Source: Botryllus schlosseri (Eukaryota). From it: a DNA stretch of 64,000 bases. Under the pieces are notes generated by a model. It saw only the letters and a program-made list of their open reading frames with translations, made no database searches and was not told the origin of the DNA. A program made the translations under genes and the position numbers. This document shows positions 1-12,911 of the stretch, in pieces (within the stretch, counting starts at the first letter, position 1; the number at the start of each line of letters is the position of its first letter). The DNA lies in the NCBI GenBank assembly GCA_051294905.1, contig CM119386.1, forward strand, positions 15,748,001 through 15,812,000. The letters are read 5' to 3'.

Positions 1-717
1 TTATCAAGTTAATCGCCTACGTAATTCGTAGTGAACTTGCATTCCGAGAAAGAAAATTGGCATATATTATTTGCTGACTATTACCCTGCAGAGGTACAGT
101 CAAAAGTTCTAACAAGCCTGCCCAAAGCTTTCCCCAATCCTAACCACGGCCTCAGTACCATATGGTAACTCGACGATAACCAAACGAAGGTCACCACCTC
201 CAGTTTTAACTAAGCCCCATTCAACTACCCAATGACGGTCATCAACACTTGTGTGACCCGCTCTATCATTCTCACGCCACGTGTGGGCCAAAAGGTTGGA
301 CGCCTCTGACGTTGTTTGATGATATTTTGAAGTTATCAGCCGACTGCCCAGCTCAATTAAACGAAGTCCGTCGAAATACTTCGGTTCCTTACCATAGCAA
401 GCGTATTCTCGACAACAAACATAACGAGCTAGCTATTCAGATGTCTTTATGGCTATTCCTTTCAGCGAAAAGTGAGAAAGCAATCCTTTAATGAAAATCC
501 ATAATAAAAAAACTACTAAAGAAACCGCACATGATTTAAAACGAACGAAAACGACGCTTATATACAATCGGAAGCAAGAATTGAATAGTAATCAGATGAC
601 AGCATGCAGGCATTTCAAAAACAGAAATTTCAATTTTCCTCGCTGATATCAACTATGAATTCATTACTTTCACGATCGAGGCCAATTCAAATCGATCTCG
701 ACGCTAGACTTCCAAGC

Positions 718-1645
718 CTACGAACTGTCGGAGTAAAATCGATTCCTCAGTCCAGCAGAGCTCATAGTTGTGGTTAGTACAACTTTCATGTTGCGTTGTA
801 CTTTGATTGATTTTTTTGGGCAGTAACTGTCAGTGTGTGCATCATCACCAGTGGCTCCACAGACTCTGCAAGTATATCTGCCAAGAGAGGATAATATAGG
901 TACACAAGTAACGTACAACTAATCAAGTTTGCTGCTGATAACAGAGCACATCAAAATGAAGAAATTGTCCAGGAATTCCGCAGTCTCGGTTATCGATAGA
1001 ACCAGACAGAAAGCAAAGGTGACGGGAGCTCCGAGAGAAAAGTATTCCGGATTTGTTGTTGACCTCTATTTCACGCTGAAAGCGGAACTCCCGCTGCGTG
1101 GCACGGATCGTGTTACACCTTGCAATACACACACAGCTTTTTGTTTGCGGCAATGGCCGACTATGATAACATAGAATGTCAGAGGCATAATTGTACCACG
1201 ATTGCAGACTTGGACACCTAGATGATTGTAGTGGTATATTTAGAGCGAAATTCAGGTACGGTAATCTAATTGGTTTCTATGCTCTACTTTCTGGCTTTCC
1301 AAGTCGAGAATGAACTCTGAATTCATGAACTGAACAGTCATTTTCGTTGAACTTATTCCAAATTCGAAATTTCAAGCAGCTATATTCCGAAGTTTTTTCG
1401 AATTCAGTAATTCTAATTCTAATCAAATTTGGAACCAAAGAGAACTTTCTAGTTGTCCAAATCTGCATGATAGATTCTCCGATAGAAAAACGGTGTTGTA
1501 ATGAATTCGTCTGCGAACTAGAACGTAATAACAACACTTGCCTGCGCAATACTGGGCATGTTACTTTCCCATTAGAGTCTTTCAGCCAGTGGGAAGAGAA
1601 GACAGCGTAAGCCTCCCGATTGCTCCTACAGAACGCGCAGGCCAT
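718..1645 (-). CDS. nanos: Nanos zinc-finger protein, core coding exons 1645-1542 and 877-718 joined across a GC-AG intron (1541-878)
   Basis: Spliced translation MACAFCRSNREAYAVFSSHWLKDSNGKVTCPVLRR/YTCRVCGATGDDAHTDSYCPKK... fits the Nanos spacing C-x2-C-x12-H-x10-C-x7-C-x2-C-x7-H-x4-C exactly. Donor AG|GCAAGT at 1541, acceptor ctctcttggcag| at 878, phase 2 on both sides. Confidence 0.93.
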
Positions 1646-1839
1646 ATCGACATGTTCCTTGAATAAAATGGTTGGTGATAACCAGCTTGTAGGCCGAATA
1701 AGTATTGATAGTAGGCGTATAGGCCGACTGAAAACTTGATGGTTTCGTGTGAGTAGGTTATTTTCTGCGCGACGCAACACTATTTATGTTTTAAACATTT
1801 AAACGGGGGGCATATCCCGCGAGTGACACGACATCAGAA

Positions 1840-2430
1840 GTCCTATCTCAGTGTTGGAGGTCTATCTAGCAGAGATGAGCATGGATTAGGATTAGGTTTT
1901 GAAAAAACAGGATTTGTGAAATTTTGTCGGATTTGGATTAGACATTTTTTCGGAACGGATTAGGATTGGATTTACCTATTTTCTGGGGGATTGAAATGTC
2001 GTATGGCGACAAACTTTATTCAGATCAGTTATTATTGTACTTATGGTTACTAAGTTATCTTGAATCAAGTGAATCGTTGGTTGTGAAAGAAAATTTTCGA
2101 ATCCCTCCATTGCATATATTAGTATTTTTTCTGAATTTCCAGTTGGAATCGGATTAGGATTGGACATGGACTTGAATATGAAAAAGTTATGGATTAGGAT
2201 TTGGATTTGAAGGTTCGGATTTGGATTGGATTAGGACATAGAAATTTCAAATCCGCTCATCTCTGCTATCTAGGCTCCTCGCCATCTCATCCGTGTAAGC
2301 GTTGGTCCTATAAAAGCCTAGAAGTGGACCGTCCTACAAGTAGGCATCTACGGAATAAAAATGAAGAAAATAGGCCTGGCGCAAACGAACATAGTAGTCG
2401 ACAAACACCATGAATGCCACAAACACCAAG
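1840..2430 (+). mobile_element. SINE family A copy, 5'-truncated and split by the MITE
   Basis: gtgttggaggtctatctag/gctcctcgccatctcatccgtgtaagcg...gtagtcgacaaacaccatgaa matches the copy at 63560-63810. Confidence 0.7.
1870..2265. mobile_element. hAT-type MITE (396 bp) with GGATT(A/G) subterminal repeats, inserted into a SINE
   Basis: TIR CAGAGATGAGC/GCTCATCTCTG; exact 8-bp TSD CTATCTAG (1862-1869, 2266-2273); the flanks rejoin as SINE family A sequence. Confidence 0.85.
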
Positions 2431-2866
2431 AACGACTTATCTATAGGAAACATGCGTTCGAAATTATTTGCATCGCCAGTGGAACGGCGAGCCACAACCC
2501 TATCGAAAACCGTAGCCTTTCGATTGATGTAGCACGCAGGTCGCAGTAATCTGCAGAATGAATTGCATATAATGAAGCTAAACACGATTTTAACTCATTT
2601 ATGCATGCATAGACATTCTGTAATCACAGGTTGCCAACGTTGCAATCCATCGCACATAGCAGCAATAGCGAACAATCCAGAAAATATGTATGTATTGTAT
2701 TTTGTGTATACCTGATGATCATTTATCCGCATGTCGCGATGTCGACAGGTGTTATCATTCGATAGCATCGAGTGCCTGAATAGTAAATTAGATTCATGAA
2801 TGACATATTACAGGTACAATTCCTGGGTTTTACAACGAGTGTCGTGCGTCAGCTGGTTGTACTTAC

Positions 2867-3048
2867 CAGTACGTTGTTCTTTGAGGCTTGAAAGGTCGCT
2901 TTCTAGCGGTCGGAAGCAATCCTAATCGACGAGCTGCTTCTTGAAGGCTTTCCTCTTCGTGGTTTTTGTTGGTCTGCCCGCCACAGTCGTCACGTTTATC
3001 CTCGAAGATTTCCATGCCGTCCAGCTTTTCTACAATTTGATCCGTCAT
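2867..3048 (-). CDS. Putative first coding exon of nanos (MTDQIVEKLDGMEIFEDKRDD...RKRPFKPQRTTY-C)
   Basis: ATG-initiated ORF ends at a perfect TG|GTAAGT donor (2866). Phase 2 fits an AAG| acceptor just before 1685 (minus strand) that is in frame with the zinc-finger exon, giving a ~161-aa model. The acceptor is only moderately strong. Confidence 0.5.
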
Positions 3049-3772
3049 AATCTATTAACACTTAACAGCGGTTGCGTCGCAATAACACTCTCAAGACTTC
3101 CGCGCGAATGGTGTACCGTAAGCGCCACGCCGAATAGTTGCGAGAGGTCGAGTGAGAAAAAAAGGATTGTCTCAGATTTGTTGAAATTGAGCAGAACATT
3201 GAATTGAACCCGACACAGGCGAACGTGAATTCATGTTAAGTGTCGACCCTACAATGACTTTTACAGAAGCAATGGATAGAATCATGCAAAAATGTCTAGC
3301 TTCACCGGTATATTTCTTTCGAATTAGGATGTAAAAAAACAATCAACATGTCGAAAATCTTTGTTAACCACCTGATACTTAAATGATAATGAATGCAAAT
3401 CTTGTTTTACACAATTCAATAATAAGATTTCATTAATTTTAACGATAATAGGTAGCGCTACGGATCGTAGCCTATGACTCCATATGAGTGACGCATTTCG
3501 AAATGTGGTAGTTGAGAGCCCCACAGGTAAAGCGAGGTCGAGCACACGGAAGCACTTTGTAACACAGTGTGACATCAGAGAGTATAACATCCGGTACCAT
3601 TGTACTTTCATAGGCTACAAGGCCGTAATTTGTTTGATTTGGCGAAGCCTCGACCCAATATCGTTGTAATTTTCGTGAGTCTGGCACCAAAGGTTTATTT
3701 CTATAGCAAGTTGGTCGGTCCCTGTACGTGTACTGTACATCGTCATGCGGCAAGCATGTACTCGCTGATGTA

Positions 3773-4735
3773 GGGGAGATGTGGTACCGATGGATCACTG
3801 GGACCGAAAATACTTGAAAAATTTTCCATGATAATTCCATGATTGCACTCCGTGAATTCGTCTACAATTATATGCTGACAGAATCTTTTCTCACATGAAA
3901 AAAAATTCGACCTGCGTGAGTTATGGGGCTCGTGACGAATGGTTTACGTTTTAGGGGGTGTAAAGTAAATTTGGATCGAAATTTGCATTTTTCTATATCA
4001 CCTTTCAGACTAACAAACCCGCCATAATTTTTGAAGTGAAGTATAGGGCTTGTATCAGGGTATATAATGCCACATATGTTTTGAATCAATACCATCCTCG
4101 AGTGGACTATTTTCAAGTCAATTACAATATTTATGGGGTGGGGGACCTATGGTACCATAGCCAAATCAAGCAAAATAGATGGGCCAACTAATCACTTAAC
4201 AACAGAAACTTGTCTGCATATATATAGGCTGTAAATCATAGTTACATGTAGTGTTTTTATCGATATTACGAGGTATTTGAAAGTCAAAATGTCGATTTGC
4301 GGGTAATATGTATGTGGCATTAATTTTGTGAGTTTAGGCGTAAATCAAAACATGATTTTATGTCAACATTTGAGTTGATATAATCTATTTTATTCTTGAA
4401 GGTTGCGACGAAACATTCTTCATTGGCTTGCTGTAGCTTAGCTTATAGTACACAACAGAACAAGTTAACAAATTTGAGTTTTTGAGCGTATGTCTCATAG
4501 GTCCCATAGTCGTGTGCCTTTGGACCCACCGGGTGGGGACCGATGACACGTTCGAGCAACAAATTTCAAACGTTCATAAATATTTGTTGAAAAGGCGGAT
4601 ATTCATGTAAATGTCCGCGATAGTTAGAGCTTGTATCAAAGTGTTGAGACAGCAAAAGATCCGCTATTCTCGGCTCAAGATTTGAGGGCCAGAGATCATT
4701 TTGCAATTTTTGATCCATCGGTACCACATCTCCCC
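3773..4735. mobile_element. TA-flanked MITE (963 bp)
   Basis: TIR GGGGAGATGTGGTACCGATGGATCA / TGATCCATCGGTACCACATCTCCCC, with TA on both sides (3771-72, 4736-37). Confidence 0.75.
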
Positions 4736-4807
4736 TACTGTACGTACACAGTGTGTGGTTGTATCAGCCGATGCGACACTTTAACGTGACGAGATACTGA
4801 TAAATAT

Positions 4808-5050
4808 GTGATAGTGGTATGATCCACCGCCGCAACACAAATAGATTGCGGGTTCGAGTCCGACCGGGGTTGACTCCAGATTTCCTACCTAAATATTTGA
4901 GGTTTATCTTGGCTCATCCGCACAAGCGGTGTCTTCAAAAAAATTAGTAGTGGGCCTTTGCTAAATGTCGGCAGAAACGGAATCAAAATAAATATAAATC
5001 AGCCTGGAGTAAATAACCATGAATGAATACACCATGAATACCACAAATAG
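4808..5050 (+). mobile_element. tRNA-derived SINE family A copy
   Basis: Pol III B-box GGTTCGAGTCC near 4852; body shared with copies at 1840, 6961, 8480, 24760, 30868, 39918, 57320 and 63560. Confidence 0.75.
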
Positions 5051-5490
5051 CATCAACATTTTATCATGGCTTCTCTTAGTCACGTGAGCAACTAGGCTTG
5101 CTGTGAGTTAGTTTTGAGTTATGGTTTTTGGATACTGAAACTGACTATAGCGACACTTCTTCAGGGTCAATAGATACGCAGTACGCACCAGAGAGTTGGG
5201 GTGGGGTTACAAAGTGTCGCATGTTCATTGTTCATGAACGTACGTACGTACTCGTACGTCCATGTTGGGCCCTCATGCTAAAGAGTAACTTTCAATATGT
5301 GAAGTATATGCTCAAACGCAGGACCGAAACAGCACTTCGTCAGCCCCCCCCCAAAAAAAAAGAAAACGTTGGTCTTGGGTCCTCCATAGGGTGATAAAAC
5401 AAACTTTTGCAGGGATCCGCTCCACAGACCCCACATCTGCCTGTACGTTTTCCCTCTACTTATTAGCGAGTGTTGTTGTACTGTTTAGTG

Positions 5491-6704
5491 CAGAGGTCTC
5501 AAACTCAAATGTGCTCGCGGGCCAATTTCCTACTTTTGATGACGCCGCGGGCCGCAGCACCAATAATAGGGGAATTCAATGTATTTCCAAGTAGGCCTCA
5601 TTTGACGGGATTTGCAGACTCACATTCCACACGCATGAAAATGTGATTTACTATTGTGAATTCACGCCTGGCACAACAAAAATCACATTTATAAATATTT
5701 GAATCAAATTGGTGCTGTACTTGGCATAGTTTGTCAAAATAATTAGTTGTAGACACCATGCGACAGTACAGACGCATCAGGTCATCGTAGAAGCTGTCGC
5801 GTTATAATTTTGCAGCTATAGTGGACATTTCACGTGCCACAACCACAGGTAGAATTTGAGAATTTTACGAAGATTGATATGATATCAGAGCATTGGAGCA
5901 GTACACCCGGGTTTCGGGCATAGGCCTACTCCTGATAACTAGGCTAAATTGATCATGTCATTACCAAAGTCAAATATAATTAGCGTTAAATGTACCTTCG
6001 AAATGGAACAGATCAATAACACCTTGAACATAATGAATACTGTGCCGTAGCAGTAGTAATGTGCAATCGCCGAAGAACCAATTGGTGTTACAGCTGTGAA
6101 GCATAGACTAGTTAGGCTACGACTACTTAATTCGCCACATTTAATTGGCGATAATAACCAACTATACATCAGAGGGGCAACATAATGCCAATGGTGGTTG
6201 CCATACCGAGCTGCTTAGATATCTAAAGAAGCTACGCAACGCAAGCTACGAACTTTTGATATTTCACTGTTTCTCATACCAGTTTGATAGTTTCTTGCGT
6301 CCGTGGTTGTACCAAGTCACGGCATTCTGAGTCACAAAAGTCCTTCTCTGATTGTAACGTTTGACACGACGAGTACGAGTAGGCTATAAGTAATTCTACA
6401 AAAGGTCGCGCCCCAGTCCAAATCACAATTTTCAGTCACGAATCATCAACGGGTCATGTTTTACCATCATGAACAAGTAATGTCACGTGATTGTTGATCT
6501 TCCACTGCGTGGTAACTTTTGGAAGTGATGTAATAGTGAAGTTTGACGAGTAGTTTCAGGCTTCTGGAGTAGTTTTAGAGCGAATTTCAAGTTCTCAAAT
6601 TAAAAAATAAATTTGTAGTTAAATATTGTCGAATACTTCGAAATCCAAAATGCCGTCGCGGGCCGCACAAAATGGTCTCGCGGGCCGCGTGTTTGAGACC
6701 TCTG
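5491..6704. mobile_element. hAT (Buster/Charlie-like) MITE, 1214 bp
   Basis: TIR CAGAGGTCTCAAAC/GTTTGAGACCTCTG, GCGGGCC subterminal motifs, exact 8-bp TSD GTTTAGTG. Confidence 0.88.
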
Positions 6705-6960
6705 GTTTAGTGTGTCATCATATATCGTCTAAACGTGCAAAACGCGAAAAAAGTTATATAATTCATGATTGAATCGTCAATATGATCGGGAATTCCGTGT
6801 ATATTACTATCATTTTTTTTATCCTCACTCTAATCAATTATTCAGATTTACCGGTAGAGCGGAGTGAGGTGCCTCGGAAAACGTAGGGTCCGTAAATAGT
6901 AATTAAACAAGTCAAGTCGAGTCAAGACAAGTCAAGTCACGAGTCAAGTCACAATTCAAG

Positions 6961-7115
6961 CCACCCCATCCGCGTCAGCGGTGTCTTACAAAAAGCCTAG
7001 AGGTGGGCCGTGCTATAAGTCAGCAGTTACGGAAAATAAGAAAATTATCGGCCTGGTGTAAATGACCATAGTAGTCGACAAACACCATGAATACCCCAAA
7101 ACAAACAAACAAACA
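6961..7115 (+). mobile_element. SINE family A, 3' half
   Basis: ccatccgcgtcagcggtgtcttacaaaaagcctagaggtgggcc...gtagtcgacaaacaccatgaa followed by an (aaac)n tail. Confidence 0.7.
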
Positions 7116-8265
7116 AAGTCAAGTTGAATTTCGAAAGTATGAGGCATGCTTACGTCATTGCATTTTGCTAGCTGTCTGAAATACAGATTGAGTGGTCAAC
7201 TGGTCATTGATTCTGAACCGATGAACGAAAATATACGCAAGAAGACGCTGTATCGCTCACATACACGTAGAAATGCTTATCTACTTACGTGATTACATAG
7301 CATCAGTTTATATCTACCAGCCAAAATAGAGAATAGAGAAACGAATTGATAAGTTGCAATACATTACCTATTTACAAATTGATATGATACAATTCGAGCC
7401 TGCGCTGATGGCCGATGACTATATAACCTATATTCGAATTCAATTTAAAAAAAAACAAGAGGTTTGGTTATGAGGTATGAACAGAGAACAGAAATAGACA
7501 TTTTGCTGTTAAATTACATTACTATACTAGTTTACGACAGCGTAGGCTGTAAGCTTCGATCACTTCGTTTGCGGTCAATTTATTTGTGAGAGAACAATGG
7601 AGGCTCAGTAAAACGCACGATCATTTCGCGAACGATCCTACCATAAGCAAGATACAGTGAATTTTATCGACAGCGATTGCTTGATGACTTGAAATTACCT
7701 CGAAAAATTTTGCTCCGAGTAACGAGTCAATCCACATTTCTGATACGCCGAGTCAAGTCAAGTCAAGTCATTTTAGCATAGTGACTCGAGTCAAGTCATG
7801 CCATACGAAAAAGGTGACTCGAGTCATCCCAACACTGGTGTTCACTGTTCATTATAGAGTACAGGTCAGGCTCAACTCATCTTATTGAAACTCGTTGGTG
7901 ACATCGAATACCTTCTTTCTCAATATACACATTTATCTCACTCCTACTATATTTATTTAAACAGATAAAAGACAGTTCCTTTGTATATCTTTCAAGTAGA
8001 GCATGTCGGTACTGATAGACGAGGCTGAGTCACGTCATATAGAATGTCCCCAGCCATATGGCTGAGTTGAGTCATGCGCAATGACTTGAGTACAAGTCGA
8101 CTCAATAAACAAAGTGACTCAAGTTGAGTCATTTTCCATGACAAAGAGTCAACAAAAAATTGTTACTCGAGTCATTACAAACCTGGTGATGAGTCACCAG
8201 TTTGGTTCCACTTGATGCAACGAGACTCTTATTGTAAATTGCAACCTGCATGCATAATTAGTAAT

Positions 8266-8960
8266 TACTAGGGCAAGTTTTTGTTTCAGTCAAATCCGAC
8301 GAAAGTTGCACTTATTTTTCACAAAAGTTACACTAAAAAGTTGCATTTATATGGACAAATCCCTTGAAATTATGCGGGTGTGAGATACTCAAATCGATCC
8401 GTATCCAAGGCACTGTAGCCAGTGCTGGCGACTTCAACAAAATCAATAGCCGGAAAAAATTGACCCATGCAGTGAAAATGTTTGTTTGTTTTTGGGGTAT
8501 TCATGGTGTTTGTCGACTATACTATGGTCATTTACACCAGACCTATATTCTTCGTATTTTCCGTAACTGCCGACTTATAGCACGGCCCACCTCTAGGCTT
8601 TTGTAAGACACCGCTGACCCGGATGAGGTGTTTGTTTGTTTGTTTGTAATTTTTGGCTGACGTCAAGTCAGAAAGGTCCTCAAATTTAACCGACAGTGAA
8701 ATAATTAAGCGATCTATTTACAGATAGTGCCAAATATTTCCAGTAAAAAGTTAGATATATGAAAAATCGAAAAAAATCTTGCAAAAATTTACATGAAAAA
8801 TCGAAAAAAAGTTGCATGAAATATCTAAAACGTTGAAAAAAATTGTCTGAAAAAATGGAGGAAAGTTGCAAAAAGTTGTTCTATAGGATTCCTCCAAATA
8901 GCTTAAAACACCATAATACACAACTTCTGTGTATTTAGGAAGCTGTAAAAAAAGTTGCAA
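8266..8960. mobile_element. Partial copy of the TAATTACTAGGGCAAG-TIR element, containing a SINE A fragment (8480-8645, minus)
   Basis: Same terminus as 19467-19896; 8800-8960 is a reverse-complement match to 19490-19600. Confidence 0.55.
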
Positions 8961-9074
8961 ATGCTTGCTGTTGCCAATGATATATATACATACAATGATT
9001 GGAAACTCCAGTGAGCTCTGCGTTTGAGCGCGTCGCGAGTCATGCTTCACTACAGGTATGAAATCGATGTAAAC

Positions 9075-10657
9075 CAGGGGTCGGCAACCTTTTGCTAGTC
9101 GCGGGCCAAATTTCGGGTGTACAAGTTTTTGGCGGGCCGGAATTTTTCTTAGTACTATATTTTACGCTCACTTCGGTATATTATCCTACATTGCTGCAAT
9201 CTCAATCATGCCAATCAGAAGACACATGTACTTACACTTCAACAACACAGAATAAATGTGACAATTGACGCAGCTTGCTTTGTGAAAGGTTTTCAACTTC
9301 TGGTAACAAGTCGGATGAAACAAGAATCAGACCCTATTCAAAATGGACGTCCGAAAAACGTGATCTTAGCTTGCTCTTCGTGAATTTCATTGTTCAAAGC
9401 TATTGTTCACATGCGTACGTGCTTCCAAAAATCGATGCAATTTCTTTTGCATTGTTGGTCGAGCTGGGATAAAGACAAATTTCAAGAACGTACTCTTTGT
9501 CAAAGTCATGTAGCTTTGTATGAAATTTGTCATTCAATTCAACTGCATCGCATTTCAGAAAGGCCCAATTGAAATTTTCAGGCAATGGTATTGGCGTCCA
9601 CATTAAACGGAGTACTGAATAGTCAGAATTCATTTTGTAGAGAAGGAATGTCAGAAAATTGGGTGAATATTCAGTAGTTAAATTTCGTATCACAGTTACA
9701 AATGTAGTGTTGGTACTAGGTTTTCTGCCCTCCAGTATAGGAAAGTGAGCATAATATTCTTTGTAGGCTATACTGTTGACATTTCCAAAGTCACAGATTC
9801 GTTTTGAATGCGCCTCAACATCTCATGTATTTAGTTGTTTTCCCCCTGAAGTTGCAAATTCAATTTGTTCAGATGTGACGTTAAATGTACCAGGAATACA
9901 AGATGAGATACCGATTTTCGATTACAAGATTATGAGTCGGCGATATTTGTGTTTTCGAGGAAAGTTGCTACTTCATTTCTCAGTTCATACACTCGTGTAA
10001 GCATAGCTGCTTGACTTAATGCGCGAACATGACAGATATAGGCCTACAGGACATCGCCATATTGATTCTCTGCTTCTAGTAATATCTGGCGTAACTGATT
10101 CAGTTAATGAGACAAAAATCATATTAACAGTTTTCCCCATTGTGGCCAAAACACTATTCAGGTTTGTTGTCCTGGCACACAATGCCGTCTGGAGAATTGA
10201 ACTATAGATAGGCTAACTAACATACGGAGGCTAGTTATCTATAATTGAACAGTTCGAGATTCTGTCATTGCGTCTGAGATGTTCCAAGCGTTTTTGAAGC
10301 AAAGGAAGGACACCTTTATTGTCACACCCCATTAGAGTGGTAAACCCTTTAAACAAGTATGGAACACCTTCGGTTGCGAGATACACTCGATTGATAAGCA
10401 CTGATCCAGTCTAGTCTATCGCCATCTCCTACTTCAACCACCTTCGTTTTATGGCGTAACAAATGACTAATACGATGTAGGCTACTATTATAACGTGGCA
10501 ATGCCACATTATTTTCATGCAGTGCTGCACTGCAGATTGAAACTCATTATGAAACGGCGGGCCGTATTCTTGTGATAACTAATTATTATGTCGCGGGCCG
10601 GACGATTTCGCTTGGCGGGCCGGATCCGGCCCGCGGGCCGTACGTTGCCGACCCTTG
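9075..10657. mobile_element. hAT (Buster/Charlie-like) MITE, 1583 bp
   Basis: TIR CAGGGGTCGGCAAC/GTTGCCGACCCTTG (1 mismatch), GCGGGCCG repeats, exact 8-bp TSD ATGTAAAC. Confidence 0.88.
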
Positions 10658-11400
10658 ATGTAAACAAACGGTTCGCCAGCAATCTTTCTTCAGGAACTGG
10701 CGTTAACGTAGTGAAAAGTTTTTTATCGATACCTCTTTTGCACGTGAAATGTGTGCATACTGTACAGGTTTTGGCCAATACCAGTAGCATGGCTTAATAT
10801 TCAGACGAAACTGATGTACCAGTGTGCCTACCTGATGAACATTGTGATCGGAGGTGGTCTCGCAGTATCAAATAAAGGTGGATACTTCATAGTACGAGCT
10901 AGAGTTGGGATCAGGTCACTATCTTCAAGTCATTGCAAATTTTTAATCAAGTCACGAAGTCATTTCTAAATTTTTCAAGTCAATTCAGGCAGGTTCTAAA
11001 ACTGACTCTGAAGTCAGGCCTTCTGAAGTTGTGAAAGTAGGCAAAACTTACTTGAGGATATCGCAAAAAGCATCACGTTTTTGAAGTAATAATAGTCATT
11101 ATTTCTTTGTTACGGAGATTCATCTTGTGATCCGAATGCTCATATATACAATTGAATAAAAATAAAAATATTTTTATTTGATACATATCAGGAGTAATCG
11201 TCAACAGCTTGTAGATACAGTATACAATTGACTAACAGATGTATACAAAGTAAAGTCTAACTCATTTCTTCATACTACTCGAGTACTTTTCAGACCGTTC
11301 ATTTTCTGCTTCAACAAGTAGATTTCAATATCCAATTGACTGAGAAACGTCTGCAAAACCTGGTCTTAACCTACTTTTTCAAACTACGGTACTTCATGAG

Positions 11401-12911
11401 CAATGCTCCCTCTAAGCTGCGCACGTGCGCAAATGCGCAGTGCTGAAGCGGTCCCTGCGCACAGAAAATCTAAGTTGCGCACAGAAAATCCGAAGTGATG
11501 TTTTTTTGAAGTCGTTGCGCACTGTTGTCCAAGGCACCACGCAGGCGCGCAAACTCGTGAAAAATTAGAGGGAACATTGCCAGGGGCAAATAGTGTTATC
11601 GCTGAAGTCTTACATCGAGGTACAAGTGCGGCCAGCAAAGGTAAATACTGCACTCTGTGAAGAAATGAGACTTTGCAATCACGAGCGCCTAACGAAAAAT
11701 CTTTTCTTATAGTATGGTCTCGTACGCGTGAGCGATACTGATATCATTTCAATAGCGCATTATTTTTCGGGAATGGCGAAATAACATGGTTTAACATAGT
11801 TATAAATAACAATGGGCGAGCTCGAAGTTAATCTGCGAGAAACTAGCGCATAGTCTTCTCCGCGTGTCATGAACATTGCGTAAGATTTCCTCAGGACCGT
11901 ATCTGCCGCACCCAAACCCTCAATTAGGGGGCCGAGATCGAAAGGAGCCCAAAATTATTTCGTGAATTAACATAAATCATGGTGTATTTTTTGGGAATTT
12001 TTTCAAAATATTTATCGCGCCGCGCGCGAATTAATTTTGTCAAATGTCTTGACTATTGGGTACCCGTCCCACAACAAAAAATAGGCGTGATTAAGAGAAA
12101 TGGGCACTTGGGCGTCGGCCATTACCTTATGCCACGGCGCACCAAGACATATGAAGTTATAGGCTATGTGACATGCGACTCCGAGAAGTGCGCCAAAACG
12201 ATCAGCAGCGAGAAAAGCTTGACCGAAAAGGACTGCCCTATATGCTGACCGAAAACTTCGATTCATACATATAAGTTAATTTGTCCATAGGCGCGTAAAT
12301 GGCTGGCGCTGAATGTTCATGTGCTGGCGATCCTAGTCCCACAACAAGACAAATGCCATGTCGAGGGAACATTATTTGCCAGTTGAGAAATACCAATTTT
12401 AAATCGTGTTCGTGTTTTAGTTTAGTACGTTTGAGCGATTTCAATGTCTTTTGACATAGCCGATAGGTCACGAAATAGCATCATATAACGAAGTCATTAT
12501 ACCAACGAGTGCGCGCGAAGATGTTTAATTAATATTTAGAGGACCTACCTTTTCTAAAACACCTCACTTGATCAGCTTTACCGGTAAATCTGATTATGTG
12601 AGCAGAGAGATGATAAAATGGATAGCAATAGATATATGCTATGTAATTCCCGATCATATTGACCGATTCAATCATGAATCATATAAAATTTTCGCGCTTC
12701 GCGCGTTCAGGCAAGATAGCCACTAAGCCCCCCCTGACGTAGATGATATCGGCAAAAAGCGCAGAGCCCGATAGGGGGTCTGGGGGACTTCGCCCCCGAT
12801 AAGTTCGATTTATCACCTTATGTGGGGGGCTGGTTGCGCACTATTGTCCAAGGGCCCGCGCAGTGAGTTAACGTGTTTGCGCAGACTCGTGAAAAATTAC
12901 AGGGAACATTG
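11401..12911. mobile_element. hAT-type non-autonomous element (1511 bp) with an extra internal right end
   Basis: Ends CAATGCTCCCTCTAA / TTACAGGGAACATTG, exact 8-bp TSD TTCATGAG; a second TIR copy TTAGAGGGAACATTG at 11565-11579. Confidence 0.8.

Noticed and set aside
4808-4870. tRNA genes suggested by GGTTCGA B-boxes (also at 23150-23210, 24960, 30930, 63530-63610)
   Set aside because: No complete cloverleaf, and each continues into a shared non-tRNA body: these are SINE heads.
6900-8190. CRISPR-like or satellite array (GAGTCAAGTC repeats)
   Set aside because: Irregular short motifs typical of MITE subterminal repeats, no repeat-spacer periodicity, and a eukaryotic context.
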